A DNA stretch of 64,000 bases. Origin: Camelus dromedarius. Lineage: Eukaryota. Position numbers and translations under genes: made by a program. This document shows positions 50,005 to 63,849 of the stretch, one piece after another. Positions within the stretch are counted from its first letter, which is position 1; every line of letters starts with the position of its first letter. Below the pieces are notes generated by a model. That model had not been told where the DNA came from and did not search any database. It was given only the letters and a program-made list of their open reading frames with translations. The DNA lies in NCBI RefSeq assembly GCF_036321535.1, contig NC_087437.1, positions 30,134,001 through 30,198,000 of the forward strand, in the 5' to 3' direction.

Positions 50005-51722
50005 TTCGTAATCAAATGCTCAGACACAACCCTCAGGGCCTCTGCTCCAGCAGCTTGGGACCTAACAGGGGAGTGAAGGCCACTGAGCATAGGAAAAGCC
50101 CCAGCTCACACAAGGCTCTGGCTCTAGCATGTCCATCTCTAGCCCTACTTCCCACCAAGATGATAGCTGCCAGCAAACCCAGGGAAAGATGTGACATGTC
50201 ACATCTAGCTCTCCCACTAAAGCTACAGAGCACATAAAGACAGCATAAGGATGCTCCCACACAAGGAAACCCCTTCAAGACTGGGATAGGTAACTGTTTC
50301 ACTTAATTTCATAGAGACAGAGAAAATTTAACAAAATGAGAAGACAGAGGAATTTGTTTCAGATGAAAGAATGACTACCACAAAATCCCTGAAAAAATAA
50401 ACTGATGAAACAGAAATAAATAATTTACAAGATAAAGATTTCAAAGCATTAGTAATAAGAATACTGAACTTGGGAATAGAATAGATGAACACAGTGAGAA
50501 TTTTAACAAGAAACTAGACAATATAAATAGTAACCAGAGCTAATGAATATAGTAACTGAAATGAAAAACACAGTAGGAGGAATTAACAGCAGACTAGGTG
50601 ATGCAGAAGAATAAGTGATCTGGAAGATAGAATAATGGAAGTGAGCCAATCAGAACAGCAAAAAGTAAAACAAATAAGGACAGTTTAAAGGACCTCTAAG
50701 ACAACATCGAGCATGCTAACATTTACATTTAGAGGTCCCAGAAGGAGAAGAGAGAAAGGAGTAGAAAATGTATGTGACAAAATTATGACTGAAAACTTCC
50801 TGAAGCTGAAGAAAGAAGCAGATATCTAGGTACAAGATGCACAGAGAATCCCAAACAAGATGAAACCAAAGAGACACACACCAAGGCACTTAAAGTGGCA
50901 AAAGTTAGAGATAACAAGAGAATTTTAAAGGCAGCAAGAGAAAAACAGTCACTTACAAGGGAACTCCCGTAAGAGTTTCCACTGATTTTTCTGCAGAAAA
51001 TTTGCAGGCCAGAAAGGAGTGGCGTAATATATTTAAAATGCCAAAAGGGGAACACCTGCAGCCTAAAATACCCTACTAGCCAGATTATCATTCAAAATTG
51101 AAGGCAAGATAAAGAACTTCTCACCAGCAAAAACTGAAAGAGAGTATCAATACTAAACTGAACCCAAAAGAAGTGTTGAAGGGTCTAAGTAGAAAAGAAA
51201 AGACTACAACAAGAAGTAAGAATTTATAGGGAAGGAAAAAATCCCACTAGTAAAGGCAAATATATACTGCAGGCTGTGGATCAACTACTTAAATAAGCTA
51301 ATTCGAAGATTAAAAGACAAAAATTGTGAAATGAACTATAACTACAGTAAACAATTAAGGGATAGGCATGAAAATGTAAAATATGACATCAAACCCACAA
51401 AATGTAGAGGAGAGGAGTGAAAACTGGAGCTCTTTTAGAATGTCTTTGAACTTCAATGACCATCAGTTTAAAACAATTAGATATAGTTAAAGGTCAGTGT
51501 ACATGAACCCCGTGGTAACCACAAATCAAAAACCTACAATAGATACACAAAAACTAGAGAGAGAAGAATGCAAACATAACACTGAAAAAATCATCAAACC
51601 ACAAGAGGAGAGACTGAAAGAAGGAAAGAACAGAGAAAAACTATAAAAATAGCTAAAAAACAAGTAACAAAATGGCAATAAGTGCATACCTATCAATAAT
51701 CTTTGAGTGTAAATGGACTAAT
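50005..51722 (+). mobile_element. L1 5'UTR end + decayed ORF1 + first codons of ORF2
   Basis: 'aaaatgagaagacagaggaatt' ORF1-start-like, 'gtcccagaaggagaagagaga', 'ttaaaggcagcaagagaaaa'. Ends at 'gtaaatggactaa' (VNGL motif at the EN start). Confidence 0.88.
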
Positions 51723-51789
51723 TTCATATAGGATCTTCAAAAGCCTTCAAAATCAAAAGTCTTTTTTTTTTTCAGGACAAGTTTTCTCT

Positions 51790-52570
51790 TTTAATTTTAA
51801 TTTTAAAACAATTTTAGATTCACAGGAAGTTACAAAAAAAGTGTATGAGTAATGGGAGTTTCTGTTTACCTTTCTCCCAGTTTTCTTTATGGTAACATCT
51901 TGCATAATTATACTGCATTATCAAAATCAGGAAGTGGACATTGATACAATACATAGAGCTTATTCAGATTTCACTAGTTTTGCATGCACTCATTTGTGTG
52001 TATGTTTCTGTGAAATTTTATCTCATGTATAGGTTCATATAACTACTACCACAGTCAAGATAAAGACCTATTCCATCACTACAACACTCCTATGAGCTAC
52101 CCCTTTATAGCCACAACCACCTTTTCCCTTACCCCTCCATAAACCCTGGTAACAACTAATTTATTCTCTATCTCTGTAATTTTGTTATTTCAAGAATGTT
52201 GCATAATTGGGATCATAGAGCATGTAACATTTTGAAATTAGCTTTTTCCTCTCAGCATAATTCGCTTAATTTCCATTCAAGTTGTTTCATGTACCAAGTT
52301 TGTTCTTTTTTATTGCTGAGTAGTATTCCATAGTATGGATATATCAGTTTGTTTAATCATTCCTCATTGAAGGATATATCTGGGCTATTTCTAGGTTTTG
52401 GCTATTACAAGAAAAGGGGCTATGAACAATTGAGTACAGGTTTTTGTGTGAAAATACATTTTACATTTCTCTGAGATAAATGCCCAGAAGCATAGTGGCT
52501 AGGTCATATGATAGTTACATGCTTAGTTTTATAAGAAACTGCCAAAATATCTTCCAGAGTGGCCATCAGC
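51790..52570 (-). mobile_element. L1MB/MC-type 3' end
   Basis: 'ttttagattcacaggaagttacaaaa', 'tattgctgagtagtattccatagtatggat', 'aagaaactgccaaa...ttccagagtggc'. Confidence 0.85.
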
Positions 52571-54901
52571 ATTTCACAACTCCCCATAATCTCAGAATAT
52601 ATGAAAAGTACAAGAATTTTACAACCCATGCCACTTAGACACCTAATAATTTGGAACCAAAAAATTTTTCCAAGAGTTGACATGACTCATTGTGTATTAT
52701 GTCACACAATGGCATAATGTATTGATGTGGAATAGTCTACATCCATACATTAATATTAATAGATTACATTAAAATATTAAGTAGAAGAGTGAAATACAAA
52801 TATTGGCCTATATGAAGTTAGTATTTGCTTTGAGAGGGGGATTGATATTTAATTGAGAAGAGATGAAGAAGTTACTGAGCAGTTCCAAATCTAAGGTCAA
52901 AAAACTAAAGCCTCTCTAATTGGCTTTCATCTCTACTATCACTAAATGAGAGCCCAAATCACCAGAAATAAGGATTCAAAGAAGAATAAACACAAAGGAT
53001 ACTTTCTGTAGCCAAGGGTATTCTGAGTGGCACATCTACATCATGCCTGGTTATGGGTTTGTCTCTTTTCTGTTCTTTATCTAGATCTAATTCCTTTCTT
53101 TCTTTCTTTTTCTCTCTTAAATACTCAAGAAAAACCTTTCCATTCCTATGAGAAACATTACCAGAAGACTTCAGGGACATACACAAAATCTCTAGGAAGC
53201 ACACATACTCTTTTAATATATGCTTTAATTATTAAGTCAGCCAAGTCTTAATTCATTAAATGTTCTTTAAAAATATACGCAGGTTCACAGCTATGTAGGT
53301 AATTTGAGAAAGGATTAATAATGTGCAAGAAGAACTCAGTTTGATGGAGTGCAGAGTTATAAAATAAAGGCAGCCAGATACTGGAGAATAAGAGATGATG
53401 AAAGAAGCAAAGCTGTAAAGGTCAGATCAGATAGTGAGATGAAGTAATGATGGGTATTGAGCCCGTGTGAATCTACAGAGGAAAAGCTCTGGCTGTCTAG
53501 TGTGAGAGGTGATGTTTTCTGCATCCATCACTCAGAAGAAATGTAAATGTTTACATCACAATGAATGCTGAACTCACTTGTATTTATTCACATGATCTTC
53601 CCCTGTGTATTTCTGTTTTGCACTTATATTCTTTGCAAAGTAAGGAAAGAACTGTGTTCTCTCTCTGTGACTTACTGTCAGTCAGTGTCTCCTCTCTCCC
53701 CTTTTATTTAAAATAGGAATTCAGCTTTTCCAGCCCATTGGGGAATACATATTGTCATTGTAGAGGAAGACCTAGATAACTGTAGGAGCAGTCAGGTTTT
53801 CGCCTTTGGCTGATAAGTGGGCAGATGAGACACTTAGCAGTGACACTTCTGTCTCTGGAAAGCTGCTTCTTATTCCAATCCATTCTCTTCTTCTGTGTTT
53901 TGATTTTTTAAATTGATGGCTCGGGGGAGCACAGAGAAACAGGTTTGCCAACTATATAGGGCTTTGGCTATCCGATCCTTCATCATCTGGATATTTAGTT
54001 CCAAAAATGAAGATAGAAAGAACCCTAAAAAAGTCACCTTTCAAATTTGCATATCACCTCTCTCCCATCTTTTCCTCAGTTAATGTGAAGCATTGGGCAA
54101 AGCCATCTTTGATTGACTTCAGTGGCAAGACAAAAATAATTGGAACTATAGAATTTAACTCTGTCACTGATTTTTCCATCCTATGGATAGTCACTGTGTG
54201 TTTTTAAATGTGGATGCTGAACATAAAAAGAAAAAGAAAGGAAAAAATATGTTTATTTTCCTTTTCCTTTTCCTTTCAGCATAATGTTTACTGCCCTCAC
54301 CATTGCTAAACTGAGAGTAAAATTATCGGGAGGGAAGGGAAGAGATTCTGCAAATAAAAGCTCTTTTTGTTTAAAGTAATTTTGTATTTGAAAATTTATT
54401 TATTGACTCTAAAACTCTTTAAAGCATAATAGAAAAATGTATTAGACATAGAAATCACTGGCATACCAACTTTTCCAGAGTCTAAAATGTATTTTTTAAA
54501 TCAAAATTGTGCAAAATTATTGCAAAATTATATCTAGGAGCAGAACCTGATTATATTGAACAGGTAATAAATGCTGAAGAACAAGGGTCAAGAATTTCCT
54601 GAAATATGTTTATCTACATATAGCCACATTAATTGAAATACTGATTACCAGCTGAAGTCTTGATTTTGTCTTAACAGGCAAGTAGATACATTACATGATT
54701 GAGCTAATGCTCAAAGCACTTACAATAAAACACTTATTCTGCTGGCTATATCTGATTTTCTATTATTTTCAAAAATAGATAAAAATGAAAAATAAAAGGA
54801 TTATTAGCATTAACATGTGAAAGAGTTTTATCTGGACAGAAGAATATAATTTTATTTTACTAAATTTAGAGTAGGTAGCGGGAGCAAAGGATCATCTAAC
54901 C

Positions 54902-55070
54902 CAATCTTTCTCGGTTTTTACTGTGTATACAAATCTCTGGGGATCTGGGGATCTTGTTAAAATGAAGATTCTGATTCAGTTTGAGGTGGAACCTGAGATT
55001 CTGAATTTTCTGACAGGCTTTCAGCTGATGCCAACCCTTCTGGTCCCTGGACCATGCTTTGAGTGTCAAG
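54902..55070. mobile_element. MER5A-family hAT-Charlie MITE
   Basis: 'ggggatcttgttaaaatgaagattctgattcagt...cctgagattctg...ctggtccctggaccatgctttgagt'. Confidence 0.85.
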
Positions 55071-55456
55071 AATCAAAACGTTAAGATGTTTATATAATAC
55101 CACACATGTCAAGAAGAGCCGTAGTACAAATAGGCTAACAATAGCACTTGTTTTACTTTATAGTTACTAATTAGAGTAGTTTAGAAAATCTTCTGTTATA
55201 AAAACATTAAAAATTGTTACCCAGGGAGTTTTTTTATTTGGATCACCTTTGCATTGGTTGCTGTCTTTAACAGCTAGAATATTTTGTTCCTTTATGAACA
55301 CTGACAGTGAAGAGCAAACAGCTTTGCAGTATGTCATATTAAGGTTCTGCAGATCTGAATCTCATTCACATGTGTATTGATTATTGACATAAATTTGACA
55401 GAATTATCTAAAACACATGTTTACTTCTTCTCCAGACTACGGGATATGATATAGAG

Positions 55457-55687
55457 CAATGGTTCTTAGCCAGGAGTGTTTTTGTCCCCCAAGGGACATT
55501 GGGCAATGTCTAAAGATATTTTTGGTTGTCACAACTTGGGGGGCTGTGGGGTCAGGAGATTTGCTACTGGCAACTAGTAGGTAGAGGACAGGGGTTCCAC
55601 TGAGCATCCTACAATGCACAGGAAAGCTGTGCACAACAAATAATAATCCAGCCAAAATGTCAGTAGTGCCAAGGTTAAGAAACCCAA
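55457..55687. mobile_element. MER20 hAT-Charlie MITE
   Basis: 'caatggttctt...gggacattgggcaatgtct...tttttggttgtcacaact...atcctacaatgcacagga...aatgtcagtagtgccaaggttaagaaaccc'. Confidence 0.9.
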
Positions 55688-56189
55688 CTGTAGGGGTAAG
55701 AGAGGTGTGAATATGGCCCCTATTTAGGGTATACAGATATTTGAGGATGAAAGGTTAACCTAAATGAAATAATTGGTGAATAAGTCTTGAACAGTGCTGT
55801 AGATAGGGAAGTAGGAACAGGATAGTGGAAGATATCTACCTGCTGTACTACCGTCAGAACGATTTGTAAAGAGGCAGTTCTGGAAGAAAGATGGGCAAGA
55901 TTAATTTTATAAAGACTAGTGGAAAACAAAACAAACTAAAATTTTAGTTTTCTCAATTTTTGCCCAGTTTTGATAATCTGAGAAAGATTAGGCTCTTAAA
56001 TGTATACTAGCTTGTAGCTGTAACAATTACAAATAATTATTACAGAATTCAAATAGGAAATATTTATTGCTCAAATTGCACTTAACTATTTAAAATAAAT
56101 TATTGTAATGCACAAGCTATATACATAATACATTTTTTGCATTCCTAAAATAATCAAGTAATTTTAGATTAGTGAATAGAATAGTCACC

Positions 56190-56680
56190 ATACATACACT
56201 AAAGACTTTCAAATCTATCACTCCAGCTCAGTGATCTCTACTGAACATTAAATCTGTATATTAAGCTGTTTAATGGGTGTTGCCATTTAGAACCTCAAGC
56301 TCCATACCACGTTCCTAATCACTCTATTTATCCCTATTGCCACAACAAACTTCTTTCAGTACTTTGAAAGAGATGTGGTCCTTCTCGACTACAGGTCTTT
56401 TAACACACATTTTCCTTTGCCTGGAATACAGTCCCTCAACATACATTGTTTACCCTCCCACTTATCTGGCAGGTCTCAGCTTAAATGCAGCCTGGTTTTC
56501 CTAGAGTAGGTTAGGTGGGCCACTGTTTCCATAGCATCCTATAGGACTCGTTGAACTTCATCTACACTATTTGTTGAATGTAAGCTCTCTGCAAGAGCAA
56601 GAACTTCATGAAGCTGTCTCTAGTGCTTAATGTATCATCTAGCACATAGTAGGTACTTGGTATATATTTGATCACCTGAA
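56190..56680 (+). mobile_element. L2 fragments
   Basis: 'ctttgcctggaata', 'gaatgtaagctc', 'gcacatagtaggtact'. Confidence 0.65.
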
Positions 56681-57639
56681 AAAACAATAGAAAAAGAGTA
56701 ACACAAATGCAGTAAAACGTATCTTCAAAAATATTTAATGATGGGAAAATGGTCAGATATAATGGTCAGATAAATTGAAAGTACATGCTATGAGATTATA
56801 TATAATGTGATTTCAATTTTGTAAAATAAGAAATGTGCAAATTTTTACACAGAAGAAAGGTTAGAAATATATCAAAATGTTAATAGAGAAAATGTTCCGT
56901 TGGCCAAAAACTATATGATTTTAAAAATATATCTTTTCCATTTTTATAGTGAATGTATATTAGATTTATGAACAGAAAAAACAAACTATTTTAAAAGGGA
57001 AGTCTATTCTTCTCTATATTCATGTTAAATATATAAGCAAGGATTAAAAAATCATTTTGCAATTCATCCTTTTAGTCATTTTTGATGGAAAGTTTTAACA
57101 TTTTTATAGTCTTTGTGACACAAGAAACATTTCTCAAACCAGATCCAGCAATCTTATGCTAATATAGCTTCTTTTAGGCTTGGAGACACCCATGAACACT
57201 AATGTAATTCTATATTATACTATATATTCTATGTAATTCTATAATGTAATATAACCCCATTCTATGAGATCTATGTTTTTTTTTAAAGAACTCTTTCTCT
57301 CCTATGTAAATACTTCTAAGGACGTTGTCATTTTTCTTATCAATTAAGATTTTGAAGGGTTTAGCATCCTTTCCTCAACAGCCTAATTTAAAGAATGTAA
57401 AATTCCTTTTGTAGAAATGATGTGATACTATTGAAGAACCACAGTTCACCATTAAATGTGAATTACTTCCCAGGGGATAATGCACAAAATATATCCTTTT
57501 TGCTATCTCACAGCTTAGTAATTCTGGCTGGCTTATTAATATTCAACCCTCTCTTATCTTTTTATGTCTCAGTTACATATTGAAAATTATTCTGAAGTGA
57601 AAAATGTGAACATTGTTCATTGAGATTAATTTTAACTTG

Positions 57640-57850
57640 CTTTTTTCACAAAAGTTTACAGAGTACCCTTATATGCTCAGCAGAATTCTAAGCACTGAGA
57701 GTACAAAATGAATGAGATATGGTTCCTGTTTTGAGGTGCTCACAGCCTATTGGGGCAGAAATATTACAAAAATATACATGATAACATAGCACAACAAACC
57801 CTGTTATTTAGGGAGAACAAAGTGCTTGAGACTCAAAGAGATCCAGGTGA
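57640..57850 (-). mobile_element. L2 3' fragment
   Basis: 'ttctaagcactgagagtacaaaatgaatgagatatggttcctg...gctcacagcctattgggg'. Confidence 0.65.
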
Positions 57851-57864
57851 GTGTCATAGAAGTC

Positions 57865-58359
57865 TAACCTTTTACATCATTTCTGGTTCAAGCCACCATC
57901 ACTTCTTACCTTGATTAGTGTAATAGCCCTTCAACTGGTTGCACTGATTCTATCCCTGCCTTCCTATAATCTGTTCTAGACAAAGTGGCCTGGATATACT
58001 TTCAAAAGTATACTGGACAGTGTCTTTCCTTTGCTCAAAACTCTCCAGTGGCTCCCCATTTCACTAAGAGGAAAACTAGAGTCCTTCCAAGTCCTTTCTG
58101 ATTGTTTCCCTCTTTCCCAACCCCAAATTGCCTCTGTTTTTATGTCTTTTAATGTTCCCCTTTGCTAGATCTCCTGTAGCCACATTAATCTTTTGACATT
58201 TTTCAAGCCTACCAGTATGTTTACACTTTGGGGACCCTACACTTGCCTTCCCTCTGCTGGAAAGCTCTTGACCCAGCATGATTACTTCTTCGCTTTCTTT
58301 AAGTCTTGATCACATATTAGCTTCTCTATGAGGCCTACCCTGGCTAGACCATCTAAAAT
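57865..58359 (+). mobile_element. L2 fragment (continues at ~60600-60785 after the L1 insertion)
   Basis: 'caagccaccatcacttcttacct', 'ctcaaaactctccagtggctcccc', 'gaggcctaccctggc...atctaaaatt'. Confidence 0.8.
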
Positions 58360-58369
58360 TACAACTTGT

Positions 58370-60470
58370 GGCAAGGATGCCCAGTCTCATCACTCTTATT
58401 CAAAATAGTTTTGGAGGTCCTAGCCATAGCAATTGAAGAAGAAAAAGAAATAAAAGAAACCCAAATTGGAAAAGAAGTAAAACTGTCACTGTTTGCAGAT
58501 GACATAATACTATACATAGAAAATCCTTAAGATTCCACCAGAAAACTACTAGAGCTCATCAATGAATTCAGTAAAGTTGCAGGATACAAAATTAATATAC
58601 AGAAATCTGTTGTATTTCTATACACTAACAACAAAGTATCAGAAAGAGACATTAAGGGAAAAAAAATCCCATTTCACCCTTGCGTCAAAAATAAATAAAT
58701 AAATAAAATACCTAGAAATAAACCTACCTAAGGAGGCAAAAGACCTATACTCAGAAAACTGTAAGACACTGATGAAAGAAACTGAAGATGATACGAATGG
58801 ATGGAAAGATATACTGTTTTCTTGGATTGGAAGAAACAATATTGTTAAAATGATCATACTGCTCAAGGCAATCTACAGATTCAGTGCAACGCCTATCAAA
58901 ATACCAATGACGTTTTTCAACGAACTAGAACAAATAATTTTAAAATTTGTATGGAAACACAAAAGATCCCAAATAGCCAAAACAATCTTGAGAAAGAAGA
59001 ACAGAGCTGGAGGAATTAGAGAAGGAAGACTTCAGACTATAATACAAAGCTACAGTAGTCAAAACCATATGGGACTAGCACAAAAACAGATAAATAGATG
59101 AATGGAACAGGATAGAAAGTCCAGAAATAAACCCAGATACTTATGGTCAGTTAATCTATGACAAAGAAGGCAAGAATATACAATGGAGAAAAGACAATCT
59201 CTTCAATAAGTGGTGCTGGAAAACTGGATAGATATATGTAAAAGAATGAAATTAGAACATTTTCTCACACCATATACAAAAATAAACTCAAAGTGGATTA
59301 AAGACGTAAATGTAAGACCAGATACTATAAAACTCCTAGAGGAAAACATAGGCAGAACACTGACATAAATTGCAGAAATATATTTTTTGGATCTGTCTCC
59401 TAAACTAAAGGAAACAAAAGCAAAAGTAAACAAATGGGACCTAATTAAACTTAAAAGCTTTTGCACAACAAAGAAAACAACTGATAAAATGAAAAGACAA
59501 CCTACTGAATGGGAGAAGATATTTGCAAATGATATGACCAATAAGGGGTTTATATACAACATATATAGACAGCTTACACAACTCAACATCAAAAAACCAA
59601 ACAACCCAATTAAAAATTGGTCAGAAGACCTTAATAGATATTTTTCCAAAGAGGAAATGCAGAGGCACAGACACATGAAAAGATGCTCAATATCACTTAT
59701 CACCAGGGAAATGCAAATCAAAACCCCAATGAGATACCACCGCACACCTGTCAGAATGGCCATCATCAAAAAAGTACACAAATAACAAATGTTGATGAGA
59801 ATGTGGAGAAAAGGGAACTCTTGTACACTGTTGGTGGGAATGTAAAATAGTGCAGCCACTGTGGAAAACAGTATAGACCTTTCTCAAAAAACTAAAATAT
59901 GGTCATGTTAATATGATCCAGCAATTCCACTCATGGGTATAAATCTAAAAATAGCAAAACCACTAATTCAAAAAGATACATGCACCCCAATGTTCATAGC
60001 TGCATTATTTATAGTTGTCAAGACATGAAAGCAACCTAAATGTCCATCAATGGATGAATGGATAAAGAAGACAATATAAAAATATCAATGGAATACTACT
60101 CCACCATTAAAAAAGAATGAAAATTTTCACTTGCAGCAACATGGATGAAATTGGAAGGCATTATGCTAAGTGAAATAAATCAGACAAAGATAAATATTGT
60201 GAGATAGCACTTATATGTGGAATCTAAAAAATACAACAAACTAGTGAATATAACAAAAAAAGCATCAGGCTCACAGATACAGAGAACAAACTAGTGGTTA
60301 CGAGAGGGGAGAGTGTGAGAGAGGGAGTACAGGACAGTGGGTGGTACAAATTATTGTCTGTAAGACAGGCTCAAGGATGTTTTGTACAACATGGGGAATA
60401 TAGCCAATATTTTGTAATAACTTTAAATGGAAAGTAACCTTTAAAATTTTATAAAAAGTTAAGAAAAAGC
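58370..60470 (+). mobile_element. 5'-truncated L1: ORF2 RT to C-terminus + 3'UTR
   Basis: 'ctgtttgcagatgacata' encodes the RT LFADD motif. ORFs 58772-59101 ([16 protein letters not shown]) and 59387-59785 ([12 protein letters not shown]) are ORF2. The 3'UTR ends 'gtaacctttaaaattttataaaaa'. ORF2 is frameshifted. Confidence 0.96.
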
Positions 60471-62689
60471 TTAAAAAATAACACCATATAGATGAAAAAG
60501 CAGATTCTAGACTTTGGGAAACTCTATTGACTAAACCAGTTATTTCAATAAATAAAACAGAAAAAAAGCATGAATTAAAAAATACTTGTACAACTTGTAC
60601 ATCCAAACACTCCCAATTCCCAAATCACATCCTTATTTTTCTTATTTGTAGTTCACTTAGCACTACCCAGCATTCTTATTATCTCTCTCCCTCAGTCACA
60701 GATTATTTATTCAGTACCGTACTGAATACATTTACAGAAGGGCCTTGTATATATTAAATGTTCAATAAATGATGAAGTGATGACTAATTCCAGTAAATTA
60801 GTCTAGTTTTTATTCTAGTAAAATGTTCATTTTTACTAATTAAGGATTTGTGATGATTCTTCTTGGATTCATTTGAAATTTATCTTTAAAGTTTCTGTTA
60901 AAAATTGTGGTTCCTTTGTAACTAAACACTTTTAAGTTAAAAAGAGGGTGAAAAGAAAGAATAGCCTCTTTAAGAAAACTGCCATCAAGCAATTTTTACT
61001 GAATTCATGCAGCCAATAACTGAAAAGCTGACTTTTAGCTGAGGAGCCCTGCCTAAGATTTTGACAGTTATTTGTTAGTGTAATTATATGTTACTAAAGT
61101 AATAAAATTGCATTTTTAAAAATTGGTGAATTCCTCAGATGAACTAACTTTGGACTAGTCTTCTCAGCTAATTGCTCTGCATTCAAGACAATTACAACAG
61201 TCATAAAAGAAATTATATAGATATAAAATAGAATGTTATAAGGATGTAGTCTTCAGTTTCAACTGTTGACATTCTAGAAATCTTTGGTTCCTGATGGGAG
61301 GCACTAATAAGAGCCTTTAGTTTCACTAATAGCTAAAATGTGTTGTGTTGGAAAGACACACTAGAGACATTAATTATTTGAGGCAACTGGAGTACCATTA
61401 TTTCACCACGACCTTCCTGTGACCTTAAAAAAGGAAAATGGAAACAATGGACTAGTAACAAAACTCTCTGACTTTAAATGATTTCTGCAAAGCCTGGAAG
61501 ACTTAATGAATGCATAAGTGTCCAATAGTCACATAAATTTGGTCTCTTCTCCAACTAAGTCAATGTGCTGCAGCCACAGAGCAATTGAGGGAGTGGGAAA
61601 CTTGAATTGGCTTTTGCATATTTTGTGGTGTGAGGGGTTGCCTTGAATTCTTCACACTTGGGGCAACTCCACGTTACATGTAATGACATATATTTGCCAA
61701 GCAGTTGGGCAGAAATATAGTTTAATTTCTGCCATGGATCTATCCTGAGTTCACTGCCAAGGAATCAACATTAATTTTCAAGACAGCCCTAGCGCTCTCT
61801 CTCTCTCAGTGATACTTTAAGAAGTTAACTTTGTTAAGGAAAAAAGGCATGATGAAAATAAAGATCTACTTGGAATTTTAAAAGAGCAGGGCCCCTCCCA
61901 CTCTTCCCTGGAGAAATTATCTAAGTGCTAATGTGCTATGCAGAGGAGTATTCCAAACTGCCTGCTGCCTAATTAGCTTTATTAAAAATATACAACAAAC
62001 TTGTTTTGAGTGGTAGGTTTATTGTGTGGAAAATGATACAAACATACAATTACTGAATGAAAACAAGTAAACTTATCATCAAAGATGTTAGAATTAACCA
62101 AAAGAGCAGATTAGTAAATTGGTCTTTCTTCTCAAGTTACCAAGCAGGTGGGAGGTTTGAATTGGTGTCTTTAATAAGCTCTTGGTTTGAAATGAAGAGA
62201 AGTGTGAGCTTCTCTCCACCCCCGATAATTTCATGTTCATTTTAATTTTCAGTTCTCAAAGATAATTCAAAGTGAGGTACTGTTCTTTCCTTTCTTCTTT
62301 CCAAGTTTCATCAGTTAGTGTTTGACATGTGTATGAAATGATAAGGATTAGCTAGTATAATAAGGAAGCTGGAAAGCAATTTGCCTGTTACAGCCATATA
62401 TTTGAAAAATTAATCAGTGCTTATAAATCCTTCCCAACTTTTTTTTCCCTAACAAATGAGTTTATGTTCTGAAATTGTGAGTTTAAAGAGTAATTGCAGT
62501 ATAGACTAAAAATGGTGACTATGGGAGGGTTTGGCTGAATCAGTTCTGTTTAGTATTTGGCCTTTTGTTTCCATCATTGCTAATTCAATACATTCAGTCT
62601 AGGCTGGAGATGAACTAGTGTATACAAAATTGCTATGAATTCTTTAAGATGCTTTAAATTGGAGAGACATTGTACATTTGGAAGATCCT

Positions 62690-62860
62690 CGCTCGAGAGA
62701 CTGGGGATCAAATGCTGATTCTGTCAATTCTGTGTGGCATTGAATAAACAACTTCCCTTTTCTGAATCCTAGTTTCCGTGTTGTAGCACAGATATAATAT
62801 CACATGAGAAATGACTGTAAGTATTATGTAGTATCATGGCATGGTGCCCCATAATATTAG
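62690..62860 (+). mobile_element. MIR SINE
   Basis: 'agactggggatcaaatgctgattctg...tgtgtggcattgaataaacaacttcccttttctgaatcctagtttcc'. Confidence 0.65.
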
Positions 62861-63849
62861 GACATCATCTTGATCTTCTCTTCTACATCTGATTTGTCCT
62901 CCAAAAGACCAAACTGACCTTCTGATACAGAGACCAAGGACAGATAACAGCTACTCTAGTTTAACTGTCAGATAGAGTATAGATCTTGGTGACTGATACA
63001 CATGCAAATTGTGCAGTTTTTGTGTGGTAATATCTTTGAAAACTCTATTTTGTCTGTATGGGATTATTCTTGCATAAGTCTGAGTTCATATGAGGGAAGG
63101 TTTCAGAAGGAACTGGGATATTTTTGGGTTGAAGGTATTCAAAGCTCTGACTAAATCTTAAAACAGAATAATTTTCTTCCCTCAGATATCAGTATGATGG
63201 GAAAGATGGTTAGACTACTTGGATGAATATGAAAAAGCTTAAATGAAAATAATGGGGAAAAAATGTCATACATACATATTCTAGTTTACCTATAAAATAT
63301 TAGCTTTCCCTAGCTTCATAAAGAATAAATCCTCTAAACTAAGAATAAGTTAGCACAAAATCCAAACAACCAATACCATTGCTTCATTAATACCAAAATC
63401 TCCTCTTCTTCCTCTGTGTTCAAAAAAGTCCTTCATAAACCACAAAGTAAAACAAAGAAAAGCAAAACAAAAAACAAACCTCCAATGGAAATAACAAAAA
63501 AGTACCATCAATACCATCACCACCAACTACAACAAAAAGCCAAGTCCAAACCAGAACTAACATATTTTTAGTAGTAATTGAGGTCATTAATGTTACCATG
63601 TTTCAACAGCATGTGAGACTCAGTTAATGTGCAATTAGGCAATGATTAGGAGAAAAATAGGAATAAAAAAGATACTAGATGCCAAAGATTTAAATTTCTA
63701 ACACATTTCTACCATGACTTTAACATACTACTAAAAGATTTGAGGTCTCCAACATTCATTCCTTAACTGAAAATTGAAGATTTATTGAGAAATTTATTGA
63801 GAACTGTTATTTAAAATTCTTCAGTACCTCCTTATAAGTCAATTACCAT

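Noticed and set aside
54250..54330. Strong acceptor-like pyrimidine tract ending tttcag
   Set aside because: The tract is a (tttcc)n low-complexity run with no good donor or recognisable coding sequence.
57195..57255. Repeated atgtaattcta motifs
   Set aside because: AT-rich low-complexity sequence.
59203..59859. Longest ORF (218 aa, hydrophobic, minus strand)
   Set aside because: It is the antisense frame of L1 ORF2. The T-rich antisense strand gives spurious membrane-like peptides.
62245..62285. Possible micro-exon after 'tttaattttcag'
   Set aside because: Donor is weak and ambiguous, with no supporting evidence.
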